A stretch of 64,000 nucleotides of DNA, from NCBI GenBank assembly GCA_044892505.1, contig CM097883.1, positions 440,758,001 to 440,822,000 of the forward strand. Reading direction: 5' to 3'. Source of the stretch: Schmidtea nova (lineage: Eukaryota). Position 1 is the first letter of the stretch, and every line of letters begins with the position of its first letter. The translations under genes were made by a program, and so were the position numbers. Positions 51,901 through 64,000 of the stretch are shown here, in pieces. The notes below the pieces were generated by a model that was not told the origin of the DNA, searched no databases, and saw only the letters and a list, made by a program, of their open reading frames with translations.

Positions 51901-54900
51901 AATTTTAGTATTAACATATAACTGTTATATTATTTTAACAAAAAATGCTTTGTTTAATTTATAATATTAGAGCTAATTAATTTCTTAAATTATAAATTAT
52001 AATAAAAAATAAATTATTGTATTTACTAAATTATATTAAAGTCACGTAAGGAAATTTCTTGAATTAACTTTGTAAATTTTAAATATTATTGAAATTATTT
52101 TTATGTAAATAAATACATTGTGCTAGAGGTGGGTAACCTCGTCAAGAGTCTAGCCAAAAAATATGTCATTGAGGTACATGAGGTCACTTTTAATTATTTT
52201 CCCTAATTTTATCAAAATTGTGTAGTAAAAGAAAGTTCCAGAAACAGTTTATGTATTTCATTGCTCTTTTATGTTAGACTGGTGTTAATGTATAATGGAT
52301 GAAGAGGTCACCAATAAAAATTTTTTGAAAAGTTACGAGTCCTCGTGAGCTGACAAAACTTTTAGTCTGCATATAGAAATATAAGTCTTTTTAGGGGGTG
52401 GAGTCTTACCCCCAAATTAAAATTTTTAAAAATGGTGGGTTTTTGATAGTCAATATAACTTTAACTATTACTGTGGTTCAAAACATCAACAACTCAACAC
52501 ATAAAACATTAATTAACCATCTTTTTACCCGTTACAGTGTAACGTTGATACTGCAACAAATGGGTGGAAATTCGCAAAAATTGAGAGTTGAATAAATTGA
52601 AACTATTTTTGACCGAATGACGCGGGAGTTCAAGGCGACCCATTTTCGTCCCATACTCAATTTATATCGTTATTCTCAACATGTTAGTATGAAAATTCGA
52701 CAAGATGTTCGATGTCTGGTCTATTACTTACACTACCACGGGTTCAAGCTATTAATCAGGTGTAACTACTCGCGGAAAACCTTCATTACGTTATTTTGAA
52801 ATCGGACCATTGATATATGGATTTATCCAGCTATTTTAGCTCTTAAATAACCTTATAAAGCTTATACTGGTTTTTCTCACATTTATTTTTAAGAAATTGG
52901 TAGTTTGAATTGTCCACGGTACGTCACTTAACCCAATTATAAACCACGGACGTTAACAACTAAATTATAATTGTGATTAAAACTATCACACATATGAGAC
53001 AAATTATCGGTTGTCAAAATTCCCTTTGTTGCGCAAAAACTAGAAATTGTTTAAATGAAGTTGTAACACCAACAAGTAGAGAGCGCGCGAGATTCTAATT
53101 TAACCAAAACATCAATTAAAACCGAAGTAGTTAAATGAAAACACGCGTAAACATTAAAGTGGACAAAAGCGCATTAGCAGGTAGAGAGCGCGCAAGGTTC
53201 AAATTTGTAATTCCTTGATCCAAAACATCAAGTAAAACCAAGGTGGTTAAAAGAAGCACGTATAAAAAACTAGAATAGACAAAAAACACATTGAATGTGC
53301 ACGTGGAGAACGCATTCATGACATAAAACCTCAGTTGTGGAAATTTAGATTATTTCCGGAGGGAAGATTTCGATTTTGTCTAAAAATTCGTAAAAATATG
53401 AAAGAAAACAATTTTGGTCAAAATGTTACAAAATTAAACTAAATTGGAATAAACTTTCATTCAAAAAAATTTTATCGATTAAAAATAAATTATTTTAAGT
53501 TTAATTAAAATTTTATGCAAAATTATTAATTTGGTTTTGCGTAGAATTGTTGAAATTAATTCTGAGAAAATTAAAAACTCCTTCCAGATCAATTTGTTTT
53601 AATACCTCAATGGAAATAACATGCAGAAAATTATATAAATACCTCCATCAAAATGGAGAGAATTTAGAATTTGCAGAGAATTTGTTGCAGAATTTTGTTG
53701 CTAAATTTTTTTGAGGTTTCTAGCAAGGAAATTTTAACAAGGAATCTCTTACTGCCAGCTGGTGTACTAGTATAACTCAATAAAGCTATACCCAAAATAC
53801 TACGAGAAGAAGATTACTTGCAGCCGTTGATTAAATCATTTCTTAAGAAACTTGATTTTGTTTCCCAATTTTAAAGGCCCGCGAGATCATGCGTTCACTA
53901 CCCGGCCTTAGGTATTTTGATCTATTTTAACCTCGGTCTATGCATTATTATATGACATGTTAAGTATTCTTTTATGAAAATTATAATTTTGTAGTCAAGT
54001 TTACATCGTACCTTTGTCAGGTTTTCTCATAAACTAATATCATTTTATTATTATTTATCATATATACATCTATATTTTTGTATTTCATTAAAACCACTTC
54101 CATACATTTTGACATCAATCTGGCCTCAAACTGTACTGATGAAAGTAGCCTGGATGAATAGCTGTTCAATTTGTAATTGACGAGCTTATTTTTCCGCCTC
54201 AGGTGAAGCCCATACATTCATCTTCACTTCATCCCAACTAGGGAACAGTCGTTTGGCCAAGGGCAAGGTTTTCATATTAATGATAGTCAATTTATAGTAT
54301 TGTATTTTTATCGGAACTATATTTTACAACATACAATGAAAATACGAATTTATATTTCGAAGAAAACCAACGTTAATTCGTCCATCAATGTCCTTACTAC
54401 AATAAAATTTATCAGCACAAAACTATCCATCTCGTTATTCGTCTTTGCTCTCATAAACAACATTTTCATCTCATCAGATCTTACAAGCCAAATGAACATC
54501 GAAGCTATGAAAATCGTTAAAAGTAAATGCTCACCAATCGATAGAATTATTTAGATCATGTCAGAATATGTGAACAATCATTGATCTATTTGAATTGAGC
54601 CTCATTTAATTCGAAAATTGTTTAACAATTTACTCAAGTTGAACCTTAATTAAGAGAACCTGAAATTTTCTGGTGAAGTGTCTTGAAAAATTCGTGCGCA
54701 CTTTGCTCGGAAAATTCACGTTTGATCGAAATTAAAATTCATCAAATCTGACATCGAAAACACTATGATACAAAGAGTCGATTGTGAATGATAATCGAAG
54801 GAAAATCCTAAATCTAAAACTTCTAAAATTTTGTAAAGATTTTAGTCCAATAGATCCGAAATCTTGTGCAGAAATTACAATTTCAAAATTTTGTTATAAA

Positions 54901-56524
54901 TTTTATATAATTTGGATTTATTTAATTTATTTTTATTTAATTTAGAAAATTTGATTTAGGTTAATTATTATATATAAAATGTTATTAATTAATGAATCAT
55001 ATAAGAATTCAAAATATAAAAGGATTTGATCGTCGTATAATCCATATCAAAATTTTATCCTGGTACATATTTGAAAAAAATTCACATCCATCATATTTTT
55101 TTAGTCATAAGCAACACTAGATGGAGTTAGATTATATCATGGAGAAGGTGGATAAATTAGAATTTATTTCACTGTCAAAATCATATCTTCTAAAAAAAAA
55201 TTTTATGTTGATCCGGAGTCGCCTCCATACAAAATAAAATTATACTAGGGCATAGTGCTGAAAATTCAAGTCACCGTACATCATCCTACTGTTAGATTTG
55301 AATGGAATATAGCTTATTCTATACTAGTCAGAAATCTTCGCATCACTCAGTATATTAGAAAATCTTAATCGAAAAGAGTAAAACGAATTTCACATTAACT
55401 AACAAAGTAAAAATTTCCCTGTACCGGAAGTTCAACCACTGGATCAATCAAACCTGGAGATTTATATAATTCACCTTTGTTTACAAAACTATCGATTTCC
55501 CATAGTTACGCTACCAAAGGAGAAAAGTTTTCCCCTGGCCAACATTAAATTAAAACTTGCTAAAAATACGAGACAACAAAACGATTTTTTATTTGCAAAT
55601 CAGAGTCCAGATGAAGTGGAGTGCGAGTGTTGAACTCAGGTCTCCACGATCGGTGAGAAATCTTTCAGATTAATGAGCGAATTTTCTTGCATTGTCGGAT
55701 TTCCAAATAATAAAATTCCAGAATCGATAGATAGTAAATCACAAAAAGAAAAGTCTCCAACGCGAATCCATGAGATTGATAAACCCAGGAGTCTTCATGG
55801 TAGGGAGGTTGGAGACGAATGATGGTATAGATGTTCACTGGGAGAGATAGAGACATGAAAGAAAAAATGGAATAATTAAGTAACTTACTATCAATGATAA
55901 ATCTTAAAAGGCATTAGTAGTTGAGCCTGATACAAAATTTAACTAATCTTAATTTATATTATTTTTTTATATATTTTATAAGTTTTTTAGACAAAAATCG
56001 AAAATTTCTAGAAAATATGTAAATATTTTCCTAAATAAAAACATAACTAATAATAAACAATAGAAAGTTAAAGTATTACTGTGAAAGACAGCACACATCT
56101 TCCATCGATAGCTCTTGAGCCCATTGAATTTACTCGATCAATTATCGTTTTGGTAACATCGCTCAGTTTTTGAGTATTTCGCCCAATAATTACATTATCA
56201 AAGTTGATTGAGACGGGTAACTACTAGTTAAAACAAAAATTATTTGGTTACCATAGAATTAGATCCTACTATGGTACCAGCAAAAGGAAGTGTCATAAAA
56301 AATAAAATACTCTAATAACGGCAGTGGATAGATACTCAATATGATCCGGCATTTTCACATAAATTATCAAATTTTATTTTTCAATTGTATTTATATCGTA
56401 AAATTAGCCTCATTTTTTTAATAATTAAAATATAAAGATAATAATAAAAATTTATTTTTATTTCAGTAAATGATAAAAAGTATTTTCATTCAGAATTTAC
56501 TTTTATATATTTTTAAATAGTTTA

Positions 56525-56658
56525 TCAGACTCTAACTCTACAAAATGGAACATAACTGTCAGTATATGTTGTAGAGAAATCAGGTCTATTTCTTTGGTAT
56601 TCTTTTCTTAATCGAGAAGCTTCGACTTCTTGCAGTAATCCCCAATTTGTCGGTTCTC
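56525..56658 (-). CDS. CFAP107: CFAP107/C1orf158 orthologue, terminal exon
   Basis: ttaag|GA completes Gly; EPTNWGLL…STTYTDSY…* matches PTNYGL…STYTSSY; AATAAA downstream; 6,668-bp TE-filled intron upstream. Confidence 0.85.
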
Positions 56659-57470
56659 CTTAAATTTAAAATATTATATATATAAACATTGCGAAATAAT
56701 TGCTGTAGTGTTTGGTTGTACGTCGGATGGAAACCAGGGGGCAAAGAGGACTGTTATTGCATCACAATAATCAGCTTGATTGCATCCTGATTTTACTAAA
56801 TCATTACGTTGCGGTATTTTGTGCTCTATCAAACGACGAACGTAAAATAAATATTGGGTTGAATAGTCTTCTCTTTTTAATATTTAGCTTAGATCATAGA
56901 GTTACACTGTCTGATGACCATGATTTCTGGTATTAATTTTCTAACACCAATTTTACGAAGATCATGTTTATTCAAGCTTCGGTATTCCTAGTCCAATTGA
57001 TGTGTGTATATGTTAACTTTAATTAGTTTTGTTGCGATATGATAATATAGTTTGTATTCTTATGTCCTACACCAACAGTCTGTAATTAAGGGCCACAAAG
57101 ACACTTAATACAGGCAGTAGGGAATTTATTACCATACTTATTTTTTACTTATTTTTTTAAAATTTAATTTTTTAGCTATGTATTTAAGCTATTTTAGCAT
57201 ATTTTAAATTTATTTAATATTTTAAGTTAAATACCAATTTATTCTATCTAGGTATTTTTTAGATATTTGTGAATGACAGAAAAAAGTCTATAATTTTCAC
57301 AGCTTATCTATTAAATTATTTAAAATATTATTTAAAATTAATTATAGAAAAACGCCAACTCAGTAAATTCAACATAAACGCGATATATTTCGATTGTATA
57401 ACAATCTTCGTCAGGCGGCAATCAGGACAATCAATAATAAAATAGAAAATATGCTAAATTTAAACAAATT

Positions 57471-58482
57471 AATCAATAATAATCATCTCCATACCATATC
57501 AAAATTTTAATTTAAAAACTTATTTTATTTTATTACATAAAAATTTTTTAAAATTTAATTTAAAACAAACATTATACATAGAACAACATACGTATTATTT
57601 TAAAAATAAAATAAAATTTAATAAAATTTTAACACAACATAAAATTTACAAATTTTAAAATTTAAAAAAAATTAAAATTTTTACAAAAAAAAACAAACAT
57701 AATTATACCACAAACATAATTCGCAACAATCAACCTTCAGTTACTTAAACACATTCAAAATATCAGTGGAACGGGCAACTTGATCATTTATTTTTGGATT
57801 AAAATATCTAATCAACAATGCCTCACAAGTTACTCGTTCCCAATAATTACTTAAACCCTTTGAAATAATTTTAAAATCAGAGATACCTATTTTTTTACTG
57901 ACACATTTCCTAAAATGATCACTAATATTAGTCAAACCTTTTGGTCGGCAATGCTCAAGAACTCGGGTGCAGAGATGACGGGCAGTCTCTCCAATGTATG
58001 TGGCCTTACACCCATTACATGAAAATTGATACACGAGCTCAGAACACAAACCAATTGGCGTTGGACATTTACTAGCGAACATACTGCTAACTTTGCAAGA
58101 CGTGGAAACAATCCTAAATTGATCCTTGTCTACATGTTTGAGAATCTTATGCTTAAATTCTCTGAAGCCCTCAGAATAAGGCAATACCAACACATATTTC
58201 GGCTCCGTGCGATTAGATCGATTTTTGTCACTTTCCGAAATTAACACAGTACTTTCATCAGGATCAATAGGTACCTCAGATTCAGACATACGCATACCAA
58301 CATCATCAGATTTCAACATTAACTTATCCATGGTCACTATCTTCTACGTTTGTGAATTCAGTAAAAAGTATTGATGTATTGGTTGAGTTGTTACTTAAAA
58401 ACGGTTACTCTAAATCTTTTCTTGAGAAAATGACAAAAGTGATGATTATGGATGATGATTAAGGAGATGATTATTATTGATT
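57471..58482 (-). mobile_element. Penelope-like element retaining only the GIY-YIG ORF, with 20-bp inverted termini
   Basis: AATCAATAATAATCATCTCC at 57471-57490 and its reverse complement at 58463-58482. Confidence 0.8.
57741..58337 (-). CDS. Penelope-type GIY-YIG endonuclease ORF, 198 aa, no RT
   Basis: VLPY; LVYQFSCNGCKATYIGETARHLCTRVLEH; H..KC; EALLI…NPKIN. Confidence 0.9.
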   Translation of the reverse strand: MTMDKLMLKSDDVGMRMSESEVPIDPDESTVLISESDKNRSNRTEPKYVLVLPYSEGFREFKHKILKHVDKDQFRIVSTSCKVSSMFASKCPTPIGLCSELVYQFSCNGCKATYIGETARHLCTRVLEHCRPKGLTNISDHFRKCVSKKIGISDFKIISKGLSNYWERVTCEALLIRYFNPKINDQVARSTDILNVFK

Positions 58483-58483
58483 C

Positions 58484-58519
58484 CACACAATTGATAAAGG
58501 CTGTGCCGAAATATTGTGT
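58484..58519 (+). ncRNA. Minimal hammerhead-like motif (family A) abutting the Penelope element
   Basis: cacac-aa-TTGATAA-A-GGC tgt GCC-GAAA-TA-T-T-gtg. Confidence 0.55.
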
Positions 58520-58520
58520 T

Positions 58521-58730
58521 ATTGTTTATAAAAAAAAATTTGATCTATAGTCATTATGAGAATTATTGATAATAATAATAATAATTATTATTATTATTAT
58601 TATTATCAATAATTCTCATAATGACTATAGATCAAATTTTTTTTTATAAACAATATTGTTTATAAAAAAAAATTTGATCTATAGTCATTATGAGAATTAT
58701 TGATAATAATAATAAAAAAAGATCAAAGGT
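58521..58730. repeat. A-A'-A zig-zag inverted repeat next to a gap
   Basis: About 65-bp unit, then its exact reverse complement, then the unit again. Confidence 0.85.
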
Positions 58731-59052
58731 NNNNNNNNNNNNNNNNNNNNNNNNNNNNNNNNNNNNNNNNNNNNNNNNNNNNNNNNNNNNNNNNNNNNNN
58801 NNNNNNNNNNNNNNNNNNNNNNNNNNNNNNNNNNNNNNNNNNNNNNNNNNNNNNNNNNNNNNNNNNNNNNNNNNNNNNNNNNNNNNNNNNNNNNNNNNNN
58901 NNNNNNNNNNNNNNNNNNNNNNNNNNNNNNNNNNNNNNNNNNNNNNNNNNNNNNNNNNNNNNNNNNNNNNNNNNNNNNNNNNNNNNNNNNNNNNNNNNNN
59001 NNNNNNNNNNNNNNNNNNNNNNNNNNNNNNNNNNNNNNNNNNNNNNNNNNNN
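58731..59052. other. Assembly gap
   Basis: Run of N. Confidence 1.
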
Positions 59053-60398
59053 TCGCCGCCAATAAATTAGCATCACCTTCAATAAAACCACTATCTTGGG
59101 AAATCGAACCAGTAAGAAGAAAAATATGGGTTATTTTTAAATGCAATCCATGTCTACAAAGATGAATAATGCAACAAAGGCTTACAGTCAATACTTTCAT
59201 GGGAAACCGCAATTTTTTCAGGATATCGGCGATTCTTCTTGGCATAGAAGCCGCAAGTTGTGCACAGTACTGTGGTTTAATGTCTGTGCTCCAGACTAGT
59301 TTTATTCTCTCTTTCAGTTCAGCGGCGCTCTTGGGACGATGAACAGCAACTTTTTCCTTAATGACATTTCAACAGTTCTCAATGATGTTGAGATCTGGAG
59401 AATTGCCAGGCTATTTTTCAAGGAGAGGAATGTTGTTGTCACATAGCTACTTTTTCACAGATTTCGCAGTGTGGCACGGAGCACCATCATGCTGGAAAAC
59501 TGTGCAACCCAGAGCCGGCATGTAGACAGGCAAATGTTTCTGGAGAAAAAACCTGAGGTAAACATGGCGGTTTATCGTCGTATTCGGTGGCATAAACCGC
59601 AGGGGACCGGTGGCTGTAGCAGATATGGCACCCTAGATCATTGTAGTGGGTGCGCGCTTGACGATTGGGACGGTAAACCGGCTGTTGTACCGTTGATTGC
59701 GAGGACGTCGTACCATAAGAGTGATGGCATGGAACTGGCTGAAAGTGGACTCGTCAGAAAAGAGAACAGCATTCAATTGCTCTACTGTCCAATTCGCATG
59801 CTGCTTACAGAACCGAATTCTGTCCAGCAGATTCTTCTTGGACAGCAAGGGCTTCTTGGTTGCTTTATGACATGGCAGCCCATGATCGACTTGGAGCCTC
59901 CGTTGAATAGCTCGAATTGAAGGTACAACAGGTAGCTCGGGGACTTCTTGAATCTGGCTTGTCGAGGCAAATGGATGAAGAACAGCCACCCTCCTGATGA
60001 CACTGTCAGTTCTGGCTGTTGTGCATCGAGGACGGCCACTTCCCTCTCTCCTGTGGTGTGATTCTGTTTCAGTACACGGCTAATGCAGCTCTGCGAGAGA
60101 TGCATTCTGTCAGCAATCTGGCGTTGAGAGTAACCTTCCTGGACGAGAATCTTTACTTGGGCGGAGGTTTCTAATGAGCAATCTAATGAGCAATCCTTCT
60201 TCTGTGACAGAAAAGAAACACGTGCTTCCCCAGTGTGACAACGAAATAATGATAAGTCAATGCTCCAACACTGTCAAGAATGCTGCAACCAATTAAAACA
60301 CTTTTCATTCATGTCTGGACTTCTCAAAGTCAATTTTTAGAACATAATTGCATCTATGCGAAATTAACAGAGTGATGCTAATTTATTGGTGGCGATGG
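59053..60398 (-). mobile_element. Tc1-type transposon (DD34E) with frameshifted transposase
   Basis: TIR (cca)tcgccaccaataaattagcatcac at both ends; TA at 60399; VLFSDES; PGNSPDLNIIE; left end clipped by the gap. Confidence 0.93.
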
Positions 60399-60647
60399 TA
60401 AGAATAAAAGTAAAAACAATAATAATAACTCATTATGTTTTAATTTTTCACTCCAAAAATGTTTATAGTGTATCTAAAACTATTATTGGAATATATAATT
60501 TTATATATGGCTCGCGGAGTAATGATGCATTTCCAAAGTGGCCCTGGTGTGAATAAAACTTTATAAATATTACTTTGAATAATAAATCGGAAATGTAAAT
60601 GATATTTTATTTTTATTTTATCCTTGAAACTTTGAATAAAGATATTA

Positions 60648-61456
60648 TTAGGAGTACCGGAAAGTATGAATTATTACTTGACAATTTTTTAAACATTGAT
60701 TTTATTAGAAAAATACATATTAATCAATTTTGTAATTTACATCATTATTTATAATGATTTGTCCATCTTTCGACGCAAAAAAACCTGTAAAGCTAGAACT
60801 GACACATTCGAAATTCCTGAATGTCCTTTTTTACAAATTGTGTTTCAGCGAGCGTAATAGATGATTATCTGAAAGAACTATGTCAGATAAATATGGAGGA
60901 TGTGGTTATACTTCTTAGCTAGGCTGAATGATTTTATCCCGAGTCGTTCTTACCGTATGCGGTCTAGCGTTATCGTGTTGTAAGATTACTCTCTTTCGCT
61001 GGCCACGAAGAGGTCAAAGCCAGATTGAGCTGGTCTAATTGTCAAATACCTTGTCAAATCCCTTTTTCAATCTTCTTCAATGTTTTTGAACGGTTGACTA
61101 TGATGATTTGAGCTTATTCGACAATACCTGATTGCTTTGACGTGCGTAAAAACCAACTAATGACGTAAAAAGTCATCATCCAGCTTGTACTGTTTCCGGA
61201 ACATTCAGTACCCAAAAGTTCAAAATCATCAGATCTAAACTTTCTAAACTACAGTTGCTATTTGTTGACCTTCAATTCATCACCATAAGTTGCGCAGATG
61301 TTTTTGGCAGTCTCAGTTGCATTCGTCCCTTAGCAAAACAAAAATTGCATGCAATGTCTTAAATGAGTTTCATCAACTTTCATGTCAAGTCCTACAATTC
61401 AGATTATTTCAAATTCTAGATTTTGAAAATAATCCATTACTTTCCGGTACTCCTAA
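60648..61456 (-). mobile_element. Internally deleted mariner
   Basis: TA|TTAGGAGTACCGGAAAGT TIRs; HTH remnant; VILQHDNARPH; HPPY.SD…SD.HL. Confidence 0.88.
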
Positions 61457-61948
61457 TATAATGATAACTGCTTGTAATTACTACCTCTAAAGCCGCCAAA
61501 ATCTGTTAAGGGCCTCTGGGAAATTTCCCGCCTCACTGTGAGAAATAAGTGAAACCCAAGTTTTGATAGAAAACTAGAGATGTGAATAGCCATTAAGGAA
61601 GTAAGTAAATGATAAATTACGGAAACGTTGAATAAAACAACAATTTATCTTGATTCATAATTATTATAGGTTTTCTATATCCATGGGTCCTGGAAATGAG
61701 TTCGGTTTACTCCCCCATGGATATGACGATAAAAATAAATGAAGCTGAGGATGGACCTTAATCCTACATACACTCGCCTTCATCATTAGATATAAGGATA
61801 AAATGTTACATTTATAAATAATTATAACAAACAGGATAACTTACAGTCTAGATCTCAAGGGGCAATTAATATGCATGCCTTGTTGCTATGCAATATTTTA
61901 AAAGGAACAAGGCAAAATGGAAATATAGATAGAAAGAATACAAATATA

Positions 61949-63302
61949 TGTTGGGCTGGCAAAATCGAAAATAAATTTTGTGTGAATTTATCAAAAATAT
62001 GCAAAAGGGAACAAGTTTAAAACGCCCGATAAAGCATTACACAGTAAAATAACTAAAAGAAAATAAAAACAGTTAAATATAATAGTAATCATACGAACCG
62101 CCTTCGATAAATCGGTCGAGATAGGGCTCAAACGATAGAAAAGAAGCATCTCAAAAGAGAGCCCACAATTTGAGCGCAGGTCGCATTTACACACGAAGGA
62201 CCGCACAAGAATTGAATGGGAAAGATCATTGCTTGTATAAAAATAAAGCAAAGCATGATCAAAGAAAAAATATTGACATCAGATTAAAGAAAATAATTTA
62301 TTAAAAATTATAGGAAAAATACCCATTGAAATATTGGAAAAATAACAGAGGTAGAAATAAAAATAGAATTAAATTAAATTTGATTGTTTTAATCAATCAA
62401 TTAATATACAAAAAAAACATGGATACACACATTATTTAACGGAATTAAAAACAAATCTTGTAGAATAAATAAATTGAATTATAAAATTGAAATTACAAAA
62501 AAATAAATAAATAATCATTTATTTAAGCTAATAAAATAAGTTAATAGTTAATATAATTATTTGAATGAAAACATGCGTGGGTGTCAGTCTATTTTAGTAT
62601 AAATAGACGCAAAAAATCAGTGGAAAGATGCAGTTAGTTTGTGCTTAGCACACATTTTGATTTCGTGTTTTCGCCAGCCAGTCGCGTAGGTGAGTAGGTT
62701 TGTTTTGTTTATATTGCGAATGGTAATCTGTAATGAACATCGGATTTAATCATGTTATGTAAATGGTATTCAATAATATTTTGAATCATAACAATTTATG
62801 ATTATTCGCGGGTAAACCCTCAGAACCTCCGGGGGAAAATGTATAAAGGCACGCCCTGATGGGCAATAAATGGCCTCTCGTCCTAACTCTCTTCGGAGGG
62901 TTAGGCGATGCCGCATACTTGAACCAAATTTGGGCGAGAGAAAATGGGATTGTCAGGAGCATTCATCGTTTTGGTGAATGAATAAAGGTATATTGTTGAT
63001 GGCGGAAAGTAATAGATCGTTAGAAGGAAAATCATGCGATAGGACCGAAAAGAAAGCAGATGCGTAAGTCCTTCTATCGGCCGCAAGAACCCGAAAGAGA
63101 GAATTTAGTGAGAAGTAGTTTCGGCAAAACGGAGCTCATCTGCACACTAGATTCTCTCCACCGTGTACAGTACCAACATAGTTTTTTGGGTAATAACTAT
63201 GGGTACATGTGTGTGATGGATTGATATTTTTGTTGCGGTGTGGGTTGTATTAACCCCTAGAGATCGTTAATAGTTTTATAACAACACCGATACCACCCAA
63301 CA
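61949..63302 (+). mobile_element. 1.35-kb ORF-less solo LTR of the TGTTGGG family
   Basis: TATA|TGTTGGG…CCCAACA|TATA (4-bp TSD, perfect 7-bp terminal IR); TATAAATA at about 62596; donor ag|gtgagt at about 62690. Confidence 0.85.
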
Positions 63303-63326
63303 TATAATAGATCATCAAAATATTAC

Positions 63327-63609
63327 CCATTAATGGATGATCTGATTGTTCTGGTAACCAAGAGAGAAAAGAACTGTTCCATTTTCTCATAATTGGTGGC
63401 ATATGTGGCCGTCTGTTATAATGTTCATCGTAGGAGGATATTAAATTGTTTTCATAAATCTTTCCGTCGTTAAAAAGGTATTTACTGTCAATACCTTTAA
63501 GTTTCATTTTGCCTTCGAGTATTTGTCTTTCTCTATCTACGGATGGTAAAAGCTTCGGAGTATAATCGGTTTCATAAGTTGATTTGTGATTGTAGACGTA
63601 CTTTTTATA
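63327..63609 (-). CDS. CFAP107: CFAP107/C1orf158 orthologue, penultimate exon
   Basis: taatag acceptor; G|gtaata donor; NLISSYDEHYNR..PPIMRKWNSSFLSWLPEQSDHPL matches LISTYDDHYNR..LPPLRTWNG..LWLPEKSDFPL. The first exon is presumably beyond 64000. Confidence 0.88.
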
Positions 63610-64000
63610 CTATTAAATTTCAATATGAAATTTCAGTATATACGAAGAGAATAAAAATTGATAAATTTTAGTTAAATTTATAATAAAATTTCAAATGCAG
63701 TAACCACGGTTTTCCTCCACCCATCTTTCATATCTACTTCATTTTCGCCAACATAATTGGAAAAACATTTGGCCCAACATTTATCTGAGTGATTATCTAT
63801 TGTCTCTTATATCCCTCTATTCGCTATTCATTATACCCTCATCTTACCCCTGACAATTAATCTAAGTGACTCAAAATGCAACGCTGTCTGCTTGTTAAAT
63901 GTTTTTACACACGCACAGACGAATACAACATTGTATAGTCAGTATTGAAGGAACCTTTATCCAATGAATCATCACATACACACTGTATTTCAGTCAGTAG

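Noticed and set aside
55520-55560. GQGKTFLL Walker-A-like string on the minus strand
   Set aside because: Bounded by stops, with no other NTPase motifs
57700-57740. CTGAAGG…GCGAAT directly after the Penelope stop as a possible hammerhead
   Set aside because: Core too degenerate and no stem II pairing
58521-58730. Zig-zag palindrome as a functional array
   Set aside because: Arms are exactly identical and abut a gap; could be an assembly or amplification artefact or a Penelope inversion
1-64000. CRISPR arrays, rRNA, tRNA or telomeric repeats
   Set aside because: None seen; the window is eukaryotic intronic and intergenic DNA

Overview
AT-rich eukaryotic genomic DNA with five assembly gaps. 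The host is probably a freshwater planarian: this is inferred from 45-55 bp introns, the transposon inventory and a close match to the planarian spliced-leader sequence as I recall it. Two host genes lie on the minus strand. A TMEM62 (metallophosphoesterase plus membrane domain) orthologue has 12 frame-consistent exons spanning 51900 to 3927, with introns of 45 bp to 27.6 kb; its last exon(s) were not found. A CFAP107/C1orf158 orthologue has its last two exons at 63609-63327 and 56658-56525. The large introns are filled with mobile DNA: mariner, Tc1, IS630-like, Merlin, hAT, pogo/Tigger, a degenerate Ty3/gypsy, Penelope fragments with minimal hammerhead ribozyme motifs (U3-A8 core variant), MITEs and palindromes. 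Top candidate for a novel system is a family of TGTTGGG...CCCA(A/G)CA-bounded elements with 4-bp target duplications that look like very long solo LTRs. The 3.27-kb copy (6598-9866) carries its own promoter, splice signals, two intact non-gag/pol ORFs (one a coiled coil with an Arg-rich motif) and a polyA signal, and diverged homologues of the ORFs recur at 47.3-50.8 kb. Also notable are a genomic spliced-leader-like 42-mer whose ATG opens a 99-aa ORF, and an in-frame claudin/ZSWIM chimeric pseudogene.
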